From a virus (Duplodnaviria; Caudoviricetes): 41,641 nt of DNA. The stretch spans positions 1-41,641 of IMG/VR virus record IMGVR_UViG_3300031953_000043; one strand, 5' to 3'. The position numbers and the translations under genes are program-made. A model generated the notes under the pieces. The model did no database searches. It saw only the letters and a program-made list of their open reading frames with translations, and was not told where the DNA came from. Positions 23,342-32,569 of the stretch are shown here, one piece after another (position 1 is the stretch's first letter; every line of letters starts with the position of its first letter).

Positions 23342-25230
23342 CTAATGGCGGCATCAAAGGTTAAATTATAATTTCTGCTGAATTGTCTCGTTTTTGAGAC
23401 AGAAATGCTTCGGAAGGTTCGCACCACTTCCACACGTTCCCCGGCAATTTCCAACCACATTTTTTTACTCCGAAGGATCCCGGCGAGCCAGTTTGCCTCT
23501 GCATTGGAATATACATTTCCGGTGCCCACCTTGAAACTTTTGGGTTCCTTGATCTCTATAATGCGAGAAATCACCTTCCCGGCTTCGGCAAGGCTCACGG
23601 TTTTGCTGTCTTCTTCCTCAATGATCTCAATGGCGCCATCCAAACTCATAATTTCCGGGCAGTCCCACTGGTTGAGCCAAATCAACCTGTAGGTTGATAA
23701 TTCTGATGGTTTTATAATGACATCAATACTGTGTCCTGCACAGGAAATGGTGATTTTATCGCCTCCTGAAAGGGAATAATCTGAAAGGTTTACCACAGCA
23801 GCATAAATATTGGTGGAAATTCCCAAAATTGGAACAGAACCGGTGATCGATCCTGAAATTTCTATGCTGGCGATTGATCCTTCATCATAAAAACTGAAAC
23901 TTATAAGCGCATCTTTTGGAACCGTGATTGATGCAGGGATATTGGAAAGCCTGTTTTCTGTCTTAGGAGATCTTCCATTCAGGAACTTCACGTTGGCATA
24001 ACTGGAGCGTTCTGTAATTGCGGTGGAATTTATCACTTTGTCATACACCGTGAAATCCATTTCCAAAGGTTTCACCGGGATAAATGCTCCGGAGGTGAAA
24101 ATGGAAGGTAAGTTCTGTGGTTTTAAAAGCGCGTTGGTTTCAAGGCCTATAATGACTTCTGCCAGATCGTTGAAATAGGGCACCCTCCTGGAATAGGATT
24201 TTATTTTCCCGGAAGCGGTGCTTTCAAATTCCATAAGAGCTTCTGCATTGGAAGTCGCGGTTCCAAGTATAAGCGCGTTCCTGTCATCTGCATAATACAG
24301 CTTGCCGCTCTCGATCCCCTCGGTGAGTTCCTGAACAATCCTTAATAAAACACTGATGGTTTTTACCGAAAATCCCGTTTCCACACGAATGCTGCCGTTG
24401 TAATTTCCAAGGGCAAGCCCTTCTGTGGCCTGTGTATTTATTTGGATTGAGTTTGTCCCCACCGGTAATGAAAGCGGTGACACATTTAACCAGGGCGTTG
24501 CAGTACTTACGGTTGCAGCAAGTGAAGTTTCCACACTAACATTTGCAGTGCGCGTGGGTGCTTCTCCAAGAATTTCAGAAAAAGAAAGGCTGGTACGGGA
24601 TAAGATAAGAAAATCCCCGCTCTCATCGCTGCCGGAAATAAGAAGGGAAACGGTTCCCTGCTTTACACTGGCGCCATCATCTACCTGGAACGTCGCTTCA
24701 TAAAGTCCAATGGCAAGGCCGGAAACATCTACGCCAAGATCGATGGTTTGTGCAGAATTTCCGGTATTTGCAGAAAATGTCAACCAGGGCTGCGTGCCAA
24801 TAATGCTCCACGCATTTTCTGTGGAAATGGTGAGCGGTTGCACTGCAGGCGCTGCCGATCCCTGGACAAAGGCAAAATTATAGGTGGTTTTTGAAAGATT
24901 AAGGGCAATGGTATCAATGATCTCCAACGTGATATTAAGGGTGTTTATCAAAGTTCCATTTGCCGATCCTCCGGAATAGGAGTAAATTTTAACAACTGCG
25001 TTATGAAATCCGGCAGAAAGATTGTTTGCAACTTCCGGATCTATGGCAACGCGGTAGGTGTAGCTGGTAATTTTCCCACTTCCGTTCCTGGTTTGTGCCT
25101 GGGTGATCATCTTGATCCAGGACGGCTGATCCATATAATTTATATTATCAACCGGGTTGCCATTATAAACCACCACATCCAAATATGGCGCTGAAAGGTA
25201 TTTTTTATAGGTAAATGAAATATTTGCCAT
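23338..25230 (-). CDS. Tail protein with BACON/Ig-like domains
   Basis: Repeated (Q/T)P(S)W(L/I)...G.Y.(A/G) Ig-like units; follows the tape measure gene. Confidence 0.75.
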   Translation of the reverse strand: MANISFTYKKYLSAPYLDVVVYNGNPVDNINYMDQPSWIKMITQAQTRNGSGKITSYTYRVAIDPEVANNLSAGFHNAVVKIYSYSGGSANGTLINTLNITLEIIDTIALNLSKTTYNFAFVQGSAAPAVQPLTISTENAWSIIGTQPWLTFSANTGNSAQTIDLGVDVSGLAIGLYEATFQVDDGASVKQGTVSLLISGSDESGDFLILSRTSLSFSEILGEAPTRTANVSVETSLAATVSTATPWLNVSPLSLPVGTNSIQINTQATEGLALGNYNGSIRVETGFSVKTISVLLRIVQELTEGIESGKLYYADDRNALILGTATSNAEALMEFESTASGKIKSYSRRVPYFNDLAEVIIGLETNALLKPQNLPSIFTSGAFIPVKPLEMDFTVYDKVINSTAITERSSYANVKFLNGRSPKTENRLSNIPASITVPKDALISFSFYDEGSIASIEISGSITGSVPILGISTNIYAAVVNLSDYSLSGGDKITISCAGHSIDVIIKPSELSTYRLIWLNQWDCPEIMSLDGAIEIIEEEDSKTVSLAEAGKVISRIIEIKEPKSFKVGTGNVYSNAEANWLAGILRSKKMWLEIAGERVEVVRTFRSISVSKTRQFSRNYNLTFDAAIR

Positions 25231-25233
25231 TTC

Positions 25234-28074
25234 TTACTTCTTTTTAATTTTTGCCCGTTCCTTAATTTTATTTAGTTTATCTGCCGCTTCCTGGCGTTTC
25301 TGCTCGGCTTCAAAGCCGAAGAATATATCCCCGGTGATATCTAAAGCTTCCAGAATAGCTTCCAAAAGTGCAATTTGCCGGGAATCTGATCTTCCGGAAG
25401 TTGGTAGCACATCAGATGCTTTTAAATCGCCAGGTGTATCACCACCGGCAGCATACAAGCCGAGTTTCTTTTTTCGTTTATTCTCCAAATAATTCAAAAT
25501 GGGTGGAACTTCGGGATCTCTTCTAACCACTTCAGGAACCACGTATTCATTCACGTGAACATCTCCTGCAACTTCGTGTCCGGTAGAATCTTTGTATCCC
25601 ATTCCGAAGAGATCGGTGAAACCACCACGGGCAAAACTTGTCTTGACTCCTGCTTTTGCTTTTCCAGCATTCTTTACTGCCGAAATGATCCCTGCTATCT
25701 GGATCCCAAACCCAATTAACAACGGAATGTTTTGAGGGAAACCAACCTTGGCGGTTTCTGCTGCCCCGGTTGCGGCTGCTCCGGTTGCTTCTCCTGCGTT
25801 CAAGGCCATTTTATTGGCGAATAATCCCAACTGGATGGCTGTTTCCTTTACAGCCATTAATTGCTTGGCGATCAATAATGCCTGTCCTATCTTGCTTTCT
25901 GCACCGGCTGCAGTTATCGCAGCATTCAGGGAGTCGCTTATCAATCGCTGTTTTTCGGCATTCAGGCGATTGGCATCCTTTATTTTTTCATCGGTTGCCT
26001 TTTTCTGGATTCCTAAAACCGCATTTTCATGAGCTTCTTTCAGTTTTTCAATTACAGAATTCTTCTCTTCCTCTGTAAGCTGCAGGAATGCCATTTCCTC
26101 TTCAAATTTGGCAAGCTTTTCCTCGTACAATAAAGCCTCCTTTTCAAGTTCCTGCTCCTTTTTTATAGCGTCTTTTTCTTCCTCTGTAACGGCTTTTGCA
26201 AGTTCCAGTTCATTTTCCAGTTCTCGTTTCTTAGCCTCAAAGCTTTTCATACGCTCCAGTTCCTTTTCCTCTTCGGCGGTTTTGGCTTCATCGATCTTGA
26301 TTTGATGCTCTGCTTCAATCTGGTCTATCAATTCCTGATTCGCTCCCAGGGATTTGGCTTTTTCAATTGCACGTTGCTGGTCGAGTTCCGCCTTTTTAAT
26401 TGCGGAATCTGCCTCGCGGTCTTCCGCTTTTTTTACATAATCTGCTTCCAGTTTGTCAATGGCCTCAAGGCGTTTTTGTTCTTCATCGATGGCTGCCTTG
26501 GTTCTGGCAGCGCTCAACTTGATCGCCGCTTCAGCTTTTTTCTTTGCGGCTTCCTGTTCTTTTAATCCGTTGCCGTTTGGATTTGTAGGATCTTCGGTTT
26601 TTGGTTTTTCAGCATCCCGTTGCGCAGCGGCACGGGTTTCCATTTCCTTTTGTTTTTTATCGAATTCTGCTCCAAGCGCATCCCAATCGGCATCGGCACC
26701 TATTGTAAAAGCATCCTTGGTATATTGAACAGTTTGGAACACAAATTTCCTGAAGGCGGTATCTACGCTTGCAAGTTTTTCTAAAACTTCATTGCTGAGT
26801 TCAAAAAAGCCTGCTTTAAAGTTTGTCCAGGAAACGGAGATATCATTTGCAAAAGCGGCGTATTGATCAGATTTCAAGGCATCATTTTGAGCTTGTTCCA
26901 GTCTTAAATTAGCATCGGCCACACGTTGCAAACCTTCTTCCAAAGGAGTAAGCGCTCTCACTTCTTCATTAAGTGCTGCATTTACAGCTTCAAAAATAAC
27001 CAATGCTCCTCCGGCATCTTCCCCTGCACCTTTAAAAAGATCGGCGGTGAGAAGTTGAGCCTGCTGAGCATTGAGTCCTATGGTTTCGGCTTCGGCAGAA
27101 ATAAGCGCCAGGGCATCTTTACTGGTTAAACTTCCATCCTGAATCCCGGTAAAAATTTTGTTGGTGAATTCCTGTCCGAAGGCGTTTTCCAGCGCTTCCC
27201 GTGCGGTGGCTGTTTCCTCCATAATTTCGAGGGAAAACTCCTTGATGGCATCCGGAAGTTTATCGGAATAAATCCCCATATCGATCCCGGTGTTCACTAT
27301 CTTCTGAAACTCATCCACGGTAAACCCTGCCTGGGCAAACAGCCTTGGATATTCCTTCAGGCTATCCATAAACTCGCCGTTCTCTTTTCCTCCGCGAATA
27401 AGTCCGTCCTCGATCCTTTCAAAAGCCTCTTCATAGGTTATACCGAAAGCGTTTACAAGGTTTTTTGCGACTTCAAGAGTTTGTTTGAAATCATTCCCAA
27501 AGGTTTTTTCAATTGCTGTGGCTCGTACCCTTGCACTGTCCAGGGCTTCTCCGCTTAATTGGGTGAGTTGCTGCGTGGTCCTGTTTGCCTCCACGGCAGC
27601 TTCATTGTATTTCACCCATTCCTTTGTTGCCAGAACAACTCCTGCTAAAACCGCAATTGCTGCACCTATAGGAGTGGCAATAAAAGCAAGTCCGGCTTTG
27701 GTTGCAGCGCCAATACCTGACGCCACTCCCATCATCCCTGCACGGAATCCCATAAGATCCCCATTTTTTAAGCTGGAGAAAGCACCGGAAAAACTCTCGC
27801 CAAATTCCGCCATTGCCGAAGTTTGCGCATTTGTTGCATCAGATGCTTCTTTGGTTTGGTTGATGAAATCGCGCTGCTTTTTCTTCATCCCATCGTAGGT
27901 ATTTTCTACTTCGGCGAGTTTTTTATTGGCAGCGTGCCATTTTTCAGTTCCTTCCTCTAAATTCCGGGTGTAACCGCGCAATGCTTTCAGCTCTTTTCCT
28001 ACAGAGTTTAGGGTTGTGGTCGCCTGTTTGTCGTTGACTTTTAGCGCAAGATTGAAAATTGTAGGTGCTGCCAT
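25234..28074 (-). CDS. Tail tape measure protein
   Basis: 946 aa helical Ala/Glu/Lys-rich protein with TM-like segments and C-terminal FARGG...VHVNEYVVP motif. Confidence 0.9.
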   Translation of the reverse strand: MAAPTIFNLALKVNDKQATTTLNSVGKELKALRGYTRNLEEGTEKWHAANKKLAEVENTYDGMKKKQRDFINQTKEASDATNAQTSAMAEFGESFSGAFSSLKNGDLMGFRAGMMGVASGIGAATKAGLAFIATPIGAAIAVLAGVVLATKEWVKYNEAAVEANRTTQQLTQLSGEALDSARVRATAIEKTFGNDFKQTLEVAKNLVNAFGITYEEAFERIEDGLIRGGKENGEFMDSLKEYPRLFAQAGFTVDEFQKIVNTGIDMGIYSDKLPDAIKEFSLEIMEETATAREALENAFGQEFTNKIFTGIQDGSLTSKDALALISAEAETIGLNAQQAQLLTADLFKGAGEDAGGALVIFEAVNAALNEEVRALTPLEEGLQRVADANLRLEQAQNDALKSDQYAAFANDISVSWTNFKAGFFELSNEVLEKLASVDTAFRKFVFQTVQYTKDAFTIGADADWDALGAEFDKKQKEMETRAAAQRDAEKPKTEDPTNPNGNGLKEQEAAKKKAEAAIKLSAARTKAAIDEEQKRLEAIDKLEADYVKKAEDREADSAIKKAELDQQRAIEKAKSLGANQELIDQIEAEHQIKIDEAKTAEEEKELERMKSFEAKKRELENELELAKAVTEEEKDAIKKEQELEKEALLYEEKLAKFEEEMAFLQLTEEEKNSVIEKLKEAHENAVLGIQKKATDEKIKDANRLNAEKQRLISDSLNAAITAAGAESKIGQALLIAKQLMAVKETAIQLGLFANKMALNAGEATGAAATGAAETAKVGFPQNIPLLIGFGIQIAGIISAVKNAGKAKAGVKTSFARGGFTDLFGMGYKDSTGHEVAGDVHVNEYVVPEVVRRDPEVPPILNYLENKRKKKLGLYAAGGDTPGDLKASDVLPTSGRSDSRQIALLEAILEALDITGDIFFGFEAEQKRQEAADKLNKIKERAKIKKK

Positions 28075-28541
28075 TATGTTTCTTTATTTATTCGGAGTGA
28101 TAATTTGGTGAGGCGCTGGATAATTGCCTCGCTCCTGGTCTCACTCAGGTTTTTCATTAAATAATCGAAGGCACCAGATTTTGTGTAGATGTCCTTAAAT
28201 ATATCCTGGGGTTTAAGTTTTACGCTGTGGGGTTTCCGGCTGGTGTAAGATTTCTTATAACGTTCATCCTTTAATTCCACGCTCCCGGCGTACCGGGTTC
28301 CTGTGAATCCAAAATGTTGCACATATCCAACCTTTGTGGTCTTGAAATCGATTCCCAAAAGCCTGTTTTGTCCCATCTTGGAAACCAGCCGGGTGGATTT
28401 GGCAAGGGGGTTTTTCCCCTTGATGCCTTTTCCACGGACGGTTAATTTTTGCGCGATCAATCCCTGCACATAGTTGTGCGCCATTTTCGCGGCGGCTTTT
28501 CCTATTTGCTTCTCCCGTGCGGTGATGTTATCTACGGCCAT
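28074..28541 (-). CDS. Basic virion morphogenesis (neck/tail completion-like) protein
   Basis: Basic 155-aa protein with GYVQHFG; TAATG-coupled to the tape measure gene. Confidence 0.55.
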   Translation of the reverse strand: MAVDNITAREKQIGKAAAKMAHNYVQGLIAQKLTVRGKGIKGKNPLAKSTRLVSKMGQNRLLGIDFKTTKVGYVQHFGFTGTRYAGSVELKDERYKKSYTSRKPHSVKLKPQDIFKDIYTKSGAFDYLMKNLSETRSEAIIQRLTKLSLRINKET

Positions 28542-28542
28542 A

Positions 28543-29040
28543 TTAACAGGTTAAATCAATGTCTTCCCAATCGGCGGCATCCACTTTTGGAAGCTCATCG
28601 CCTTCAAACCTTCCGCTGAACTGATATCCATACAGGCCTTCATTAAAGATGGGGCCTTCCTTGATCCATTTCATTGAGGAAACCTTGAATTTATTATAAA
28701 TAAGATGCGCGGGGTTTCGGGCATCATAGCGCATCCGGGAAATGATCTTCCTCCCCAGGCGCTCACATTCGTCCAGCATTTCATTCTGACTCGCAAAATC
28801 ATCCTGCACCGGGCGCTGGTAAATTGTAAAAATGAAGTTGATTCCAATGGCCGAGTTGCTTAAAGAAGAACCTTCTGCATCGCCTTCTGGTGACTCCACC
28901 ACCATCGCGGGAAAATTGATCCCGGACTTAAAGGATCCCATAATCTCATCCAGATCCATCCTGAAAAATGATTTTTCGGGAAATGCCGTGAAATTGGCGT
29001 TGAGACTCTGGAAATAATCTATGATGTCTTTATGTGTCAT
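28543..29040 (-). CDS. Putative tail terminator-like protein
   Basis: INFPAMVVE motif, size and position. Confidence 0.5.
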   Translation of the reverse strand: MTHKDIIDYFQSLNANFTAFPEKSFFRMDLDEIMGSFKSGINFPAMVVESPEGDAEGSSLSNSAIGINFIFTIYQRPVQDDFASQNEMLDECERLGRKIISRMRYDARNPAHLIYNKFKVSSMKWIKEGPIFNEGLYGYQFSGRFEGDELPKVDAADWEDIDLTC

Positions 29041-29921
29041 TTTTTGGATTTTTGATTCTCAGAAAGTTCATTATCGAATAAGCCAAGGAATTTGTAAAGG
29101 TTCAGGTTTTCCACTGCTGCGAGTTGGTGCGGCTTGTATTCTGCCTTTGCCGAGATCAATTTTCCGAAAGGCACATATTTGGCTTTAGGTCTTGGCTTGA
29201 GTTTTTCTTCTTCGGTGGGTTTTGGAGCTGGAGGAAAAACATTGAGGTGCCTTCCTGCCATATAATTACGGGATCCTTCATAGGCATAGGCGATGGCGAG
29301 TTTCCTTTTGCGGCGTACTTTTTTCCATAAGTGTAAATTTTTATCTACCAGTTCATTTTGAAATTCCTTCCGGATATCGGTTTCTTTTTCTCCGCCGGCT
29401 TCCCGGTACAGGACCGCGCAAAGCAAATCCAGATACCTGTCATCCTGAAGTTCCCGCCAGCGATAAAACATAGCATCTGCAAAGGAAAATTCCTTCACCA
29501 CAATATTGTTAAGCCTTGGCCCCGGAGGGTGGAAGGTTGTTTTTTTGAAGAATCCCACACGAATGGCCTTTGGAAATACGGTTCTCTGGTTTCCCTTCAG
29601 CAAAAACTGAACGTTCTCCTGGTATTCATCCGGAGGGAGTTGTTTTAAAGCAATGTAGGTTTTTACGGGATTGTTTGTCCTGAGCAGGTTCTTGACCAGG
29701 GAAACATAAAGCCTGGAGAAGATCGCCGGCAGGAAATCTACCGGGTGGCAATCTTTAAATTTTTGAAAATGCTCCAATGACCCCGCTATCTCCTGCAGTT
29801 GGATTTCGTTAAGTTCATCCCAGGTGCGTGCAAGTTTGATGTTTCTCCCGAAAATCCCCAAGGACATCCAAAGGATTAGGTCTTGAATAAAGCTTAGTGT
29901 GTAATTCAGAGTTAGTTTCAT
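29037..29921 (-). CDS. Hypothetical tail-operon protein (possible assembly chaperone)
   Basis: ORF track 29037..29972; ATG 29921 directly follows the late promoter motif. Confidence 0.65.
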   Translation of the reverse strand: MKLTLNYTLSFIQDLILWMSLGIFGRNIKLARTWDELNEIQLQEIAGSLEHFQKFKDCHPVDFLPAIFSRLYVSLVKNLLRTNNPVKTYIALKQLPPDEYQENVQFLLKGNQRTVFPKAIRVGFFKKTTFHPPGPRLNNIVVKEFSFADAMFYRWRELQDDRYLDLLCAVLYREAGGEKETDIRKEFQNELVDKNLHLWKKVRRKRKLAIAYAYEGSRNYMAGRHLNVFPPAPKPTEEEKLKPRPKAKYVPFGKLISAKAEYKPHQLAAVENLNLYKFLGLFDNELSENQKSKK

Positions 29922-29925
29922 AACG

Positions 29926-29961
29926 CTAAATTGAAGGAAGGCAGCAACTAAAAAAAGGACA
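29926..29961 (-). promoter_or_regulatory. Putative late promoter (tail operon)
   Basis: TGTCCTTTTTTT and CAATTTAG at the 28-nt offset. Confidence 0.7.
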
Positions 29962-29962
29962 G

Positions 29963-29986
29963 AGCCCCCCAACCCCCGAAGGGGGA
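29963..29986. repeat. REP-like GC-rich element
   Basis: AGCCCCCCAACCCCCGAAGGGGGA; second copy at 32541. Confidence 0.7.
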
Positions 29987-29987
29987 G

Positions 29988-30362
29988 TTAATTCACAACC
30001 CCTAAAACAAAGCCGCCACCAAATGCTGCCAGCGTTGCTAATGCCCAGACCAGCCAGTTGGATCCCGGTTTCTTTGCTTTTTCTGCTTCAAGTTGTGTTT
30101 TCAGGATGTTGTAGGAATCCCTAAGGAGTACTAATTGTGTAGATTTATTTTCAGATTGCAGGGATAGCGTGCTGTTTTGTTCTTTCAGATTTGCGATGAT
30201 GAGGGTGTTCACTTTTTGAACTGACTGCAAACGATCCTTCTCTTCAAGATCCAGTGCGATCTTCTTTGCAATTTCAAAAGGGAGTTTAACGGTATCGTTT
30301 TGTGAGAATATCGGTGAGGATATCAGCATCAGTAACGCTGTTAATAGCAGCTTTTTTTTCAT
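29988..30362 (-). CDS. Spanin-like partner protein (signal peptide, coiled coil, C-terminal TM)
   Basis: Overlaps the i-spanin-like gene in another frame; contains no Cys. Confidence 0.55.
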   Translation of the reverse strand: MKKKLLLTALLMLISSPIFSQNDTVKLPFEIAKKIALDLEEKDRLQSVQKVNTLIIANLKEQNSTLSLQSENKSTQLVLLRDSYNILKTQLEAEKAKKPGSNWLVWALATLAAFGGGFVLGVVN

Positions 30363-30636
30363 CTGAATTCTTATTTATTGCATCAATGGTGTTTTCAATC
30401 TTTTGAAGGGAGCCATTCAGTTCTGCCAGATATTCATCATAAACCTGAATCGAATCCTGAAGCTTCAAAATCGCCACCTCATTTTCGGCTTTCTGAGCTT
30501 CCATCTTTTTATCCACAATTTTTACCGATTTCTCCAGGGCTTTGTTCCTGGTGTAGAAATCAAATAGAAAATAGGTTTGCCCGGCCATTAGTATGGCCAG
30601 CCCAATAATTATTAGAATGTTAGGCGTGAATTTCAT
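30286..30636 (-). CDS. Putative i-spanin
   Basis: N-terminal TM plus coiled coil, downstream of the endolysin. Confidence 0.6.
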   Translation of the reverse strand: MKFTPNILIIIGLAILMAGQTYFLFDFYTRNKALEKSVKIVDKKMEAQKAENEVAILKLQDSIQVYDEYLAELNGSLQKIENTIDAINKNSDEKKAAINSVTDADILTDILTKRYR

Positions 30637-30728
30637 TCGGTACAGATTTTCAGGGTATAAAACAATGTCACTACCAATGTGATGCTGGCTAATGCTGTTA
30701 TAATTATATAGATCCGGAGCTTGCTCAT
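30633..30728 (-). CDS. 31-aa single-TM peptide in the lysis cassette
   Basis: Read by hand: MSKLRIYIIITALASITLVVTLFYTLKICTE; coupled at both ends (TAATG, ATGA). Confidence 0.55.
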   Translation of the reverse strand: MSKLRIYIIITALASITLVVTLFYTLKICTE

Positions 30729-31228
30729 TACACTCGTTTCATCCAGCCGTTGAAATACTTCTCCTGATCAGGTCTCTCTTCACAAATCCATACGTACCTC
30801 ATAAATTGAAGTCCGTTTAAAACCTTTAACAAAATAGTATCATCCACCTTTTTATAAGCTGAAATTGTAATAGGTCCTATTTTTCCATCCACTTCAAGAT
30901 CCGGGAAGTCTCTTCCATTTCGGTTCATTAGATTTAAAGCCTCCTGAAGGAATCTTCTGGCTATTCCCTGACCCATATTCACACCGGTATCAAATAACTC
31001 CAAGGCAAGATCATACTTCAGCATGTGATGAGATCCCGAAGCTTTCCAGTAATCTTCCAAATAAATATCCTTGGCATCCTGAAGCGTTAAGTTCTTAATA
31101 TCCAGATGCGGATAGGCTTTCTTGGAAATTCCATATTTGGTTTCTCCGCCACGATCCATAGGGTCATTAACATATCCGCCTTCAATCATAATTAGTTCGT
31201 GGAATGCTTTTTCAAAGTGCTGGTTCAT
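30728..31228 (-). CDS. Endolysin, glycoside hydrolase family 108 with PG-binding domain
   Basis: EGGYVNDPMDRGGETKYGIS, FDTGVNMG, VDGKIGPIT, YFNGWMKRV. Confidence 0.93.
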   Translation of the reverse strand: MNQHFEKAFHELIMIEGGYVNDPMDRGGETKYGISKKAYPHLDIKNLTLQDAKDIYLEDYWKASGSHHMLKYDLALELFDTGVNMGQGIARRFLQEALNLMNRNGRDFPDLEVDGKIGPITISAYKKVDDTILLKVLNGLQFMRYVWICEERPDQEKYFNGWMKRV

Positions 31229-31232
31229 AGTT

Positions 31233-31613
31233 TTAATTTTTGGCTGCATTGCCGTCTGCAGAAGTTTTGTATTCGAAAATTTCTTTCTGAAGACTGTCCA
31301 GTAAATACACATGCTCCGGGTAATCCTTCATAATAATGCGCATTAATGGCAGCATTGCGTTCAGGATGGTGTGGGTTCTCACAATTCTGCCGCGCTCTTC
31401 CGCAACGTCCCTTTCAAGATCATCGATTCTTTTATTTAACTTTTCAACCTGGCTAGATTTATCTGTTGCTTTTTCCTTAGCGACCTTGTTTTTCTCCTTG
31501 ACCCACTCTAAAAAAGTTGAGCCCCATTTGTTCGCTCCAAGAGCCAAGAGAATTGTTCCCGCAGATCCTATAATTGACAGTACAATAGAGTTGTCCTGAA
31601 GTTCCTGCATCAT
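31233..31613 (-). CDS. Putative holin
   Basis: N-terminal TM plus coiled coil immediately upstream of the endolysin. Confidence 0.55.
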   Translation of the reverse strand: MMQELQDNSIVLSIIGSAGTILLALGANKWGSTFLEWVKEKNKVAKEKATDKSSQVEKLNKRIDDLERDVAEERGRIVRTHTILNAMLPLMRIIMKDYPEHVYLLDSLQKEIFEYKTSADGNAAKN

Positions 31614-31951
31614 CTTTTTGGTTTTACGCGTTTAGCCAAATGTTCCGGGATGGCGTTCATATCTTTTTGAGCTTGCATTGGGGTAATGGCAGACCAAACT
31701 ACTATTGCCTTGCGGGATTTGCAATTGCCACAATCCACGATTTCCAGGAGAAACATATATTCCTTATAGATTTCCAGATCCCCGGCGGGTGCCTGGTAAT
31801 CATAATCATAGGAAGTATCCAAAATGGCAATATCGCTTACGATGGTACTAACAGTAGCCTTTACTTTAAAAAGTGGTTTTTGATCTGTTTGCGCAGCAGC
31901 ACAGCCTATAAAAAGGAAAGCGGCCAAAAGAAGGAGTATGATTTTTTTCAT
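31610..31951 (-). CDS. Putative lipoprotein
   Basis: MKKIILLLLAAFLFIG-C lipobox; internal CxxC. Confidence 0.65.
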   Translation of the reverse strand: MKKIILLLLAAFLFIGCAAAQTDQKPLFKVKATVSTIVSDIAILDTSYDYDYQAPAGDLEIYKEYMFLLEIVDCGNCKSRKAIVVWSAITPMQAQKDMNAIPEHLAKRVKPKR

Positions 31952-32418
31952 TTTGGGGGAATTAAAGATTGATAATAATTATGGTTTATTTTGTTCCAGG
32001 TTTCGGGGTCCCGGTAATAGAATTCAACTTCTTCATAATGCACATCGCTCATAAACTCTAAAAATGCCTCGTCTTCATACGAAGATTTTATGTGACGCAG
32101 ACCGAAAACGTGTCCGAGTTCGTGCTTAAGTGTTCGCTCAAATCGTTTTGGCTGCAAAATTAGCCAGCGGTGGATCTTTATTGTATGGCTTTTGCCAATC
32201 CTTTGATGACTGCCATATAATGGATAATTCATCCACACCACCATGATGGTATCTATCTGGTTTATCTTTTCAAAACTCCGGGTTTGGTTCTTGAAATTCT
32301 CTGCAATGAATTCTTCCAGGATAGGATACACCAGGTCCGGTTCGTTGGTATATAAATTCTGACTGCTGGAAGGCCCAAAGCAGAAAATTAATAAGAGGAA
32401 TAAAAACTTTTTCATCAC
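31948..32418 (-). CDS. Secreted metzincin (matrixin-like) zinc metalloprotease
   Basis: Signal peptide; HELGHVFGLRH (HExxHxxGxxH) and a downstream Met-turn (EFMS). Confidence 0.8.
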   Translation of the reverse strand: MMKKFLFLLLIFCFGPSSSQNLYTNEPDLVYPILEEFIAENFKNQTRSFEKINQIDTIMVVWMNYPLYGSHQRIGKSHTIKIHRWLILQPKRFERTLKHELGHVFGLRHIKSSYEDEAFLEFMSDVHYEEVEFYYRDPETWNKINHNYYQSLIPPK

Positions 32419-32433
32419 ATTATTTATGAAGTA

Positions 32434-32469
32434 TAAAAGTCTTTATTGGAAGAGTTTAAAAAAAGGACA
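32434..32469 (-). promoter_or_regulatory. Putative late promoter (lysis operon)
   Basis: TGTCCTTTTTTT and GACTTTTA at the 28-nt offset (weakest -7 match). Confidence 0.6.
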
Positions 32470-32475
32470 CGCCCC

Positions 32476-32565
32476 AACCTTCACAGGTTGGTTCGCGCAG
32501 GCACGCGCTAACCTTCACAGGTTGGTTCGCGCAGGCACCCAGCCCCCTAACCCCCGAAGGGGGAA
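32476..32565. repeat. 29-bp direct repeat pair plus REP-like element
   Basis: AACCTTCACAGGTTGGTTCGCGCAGGCAC at 32476 and 32510, then AGCCCCCTAACCCCCGAAGGGGGAA. Confidence 0.85.
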
Positions 32566-32569
32566 TTCC

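Noticed and set aside
28543-29921. Programmed frameshift tail-chaperone pair upstream of the tape measure gene
   Set aside because: The genes are joined by ordinary ATGA or near-adjacent coupling, and I found no convincing slippery site with an ATG-less downstream frame.
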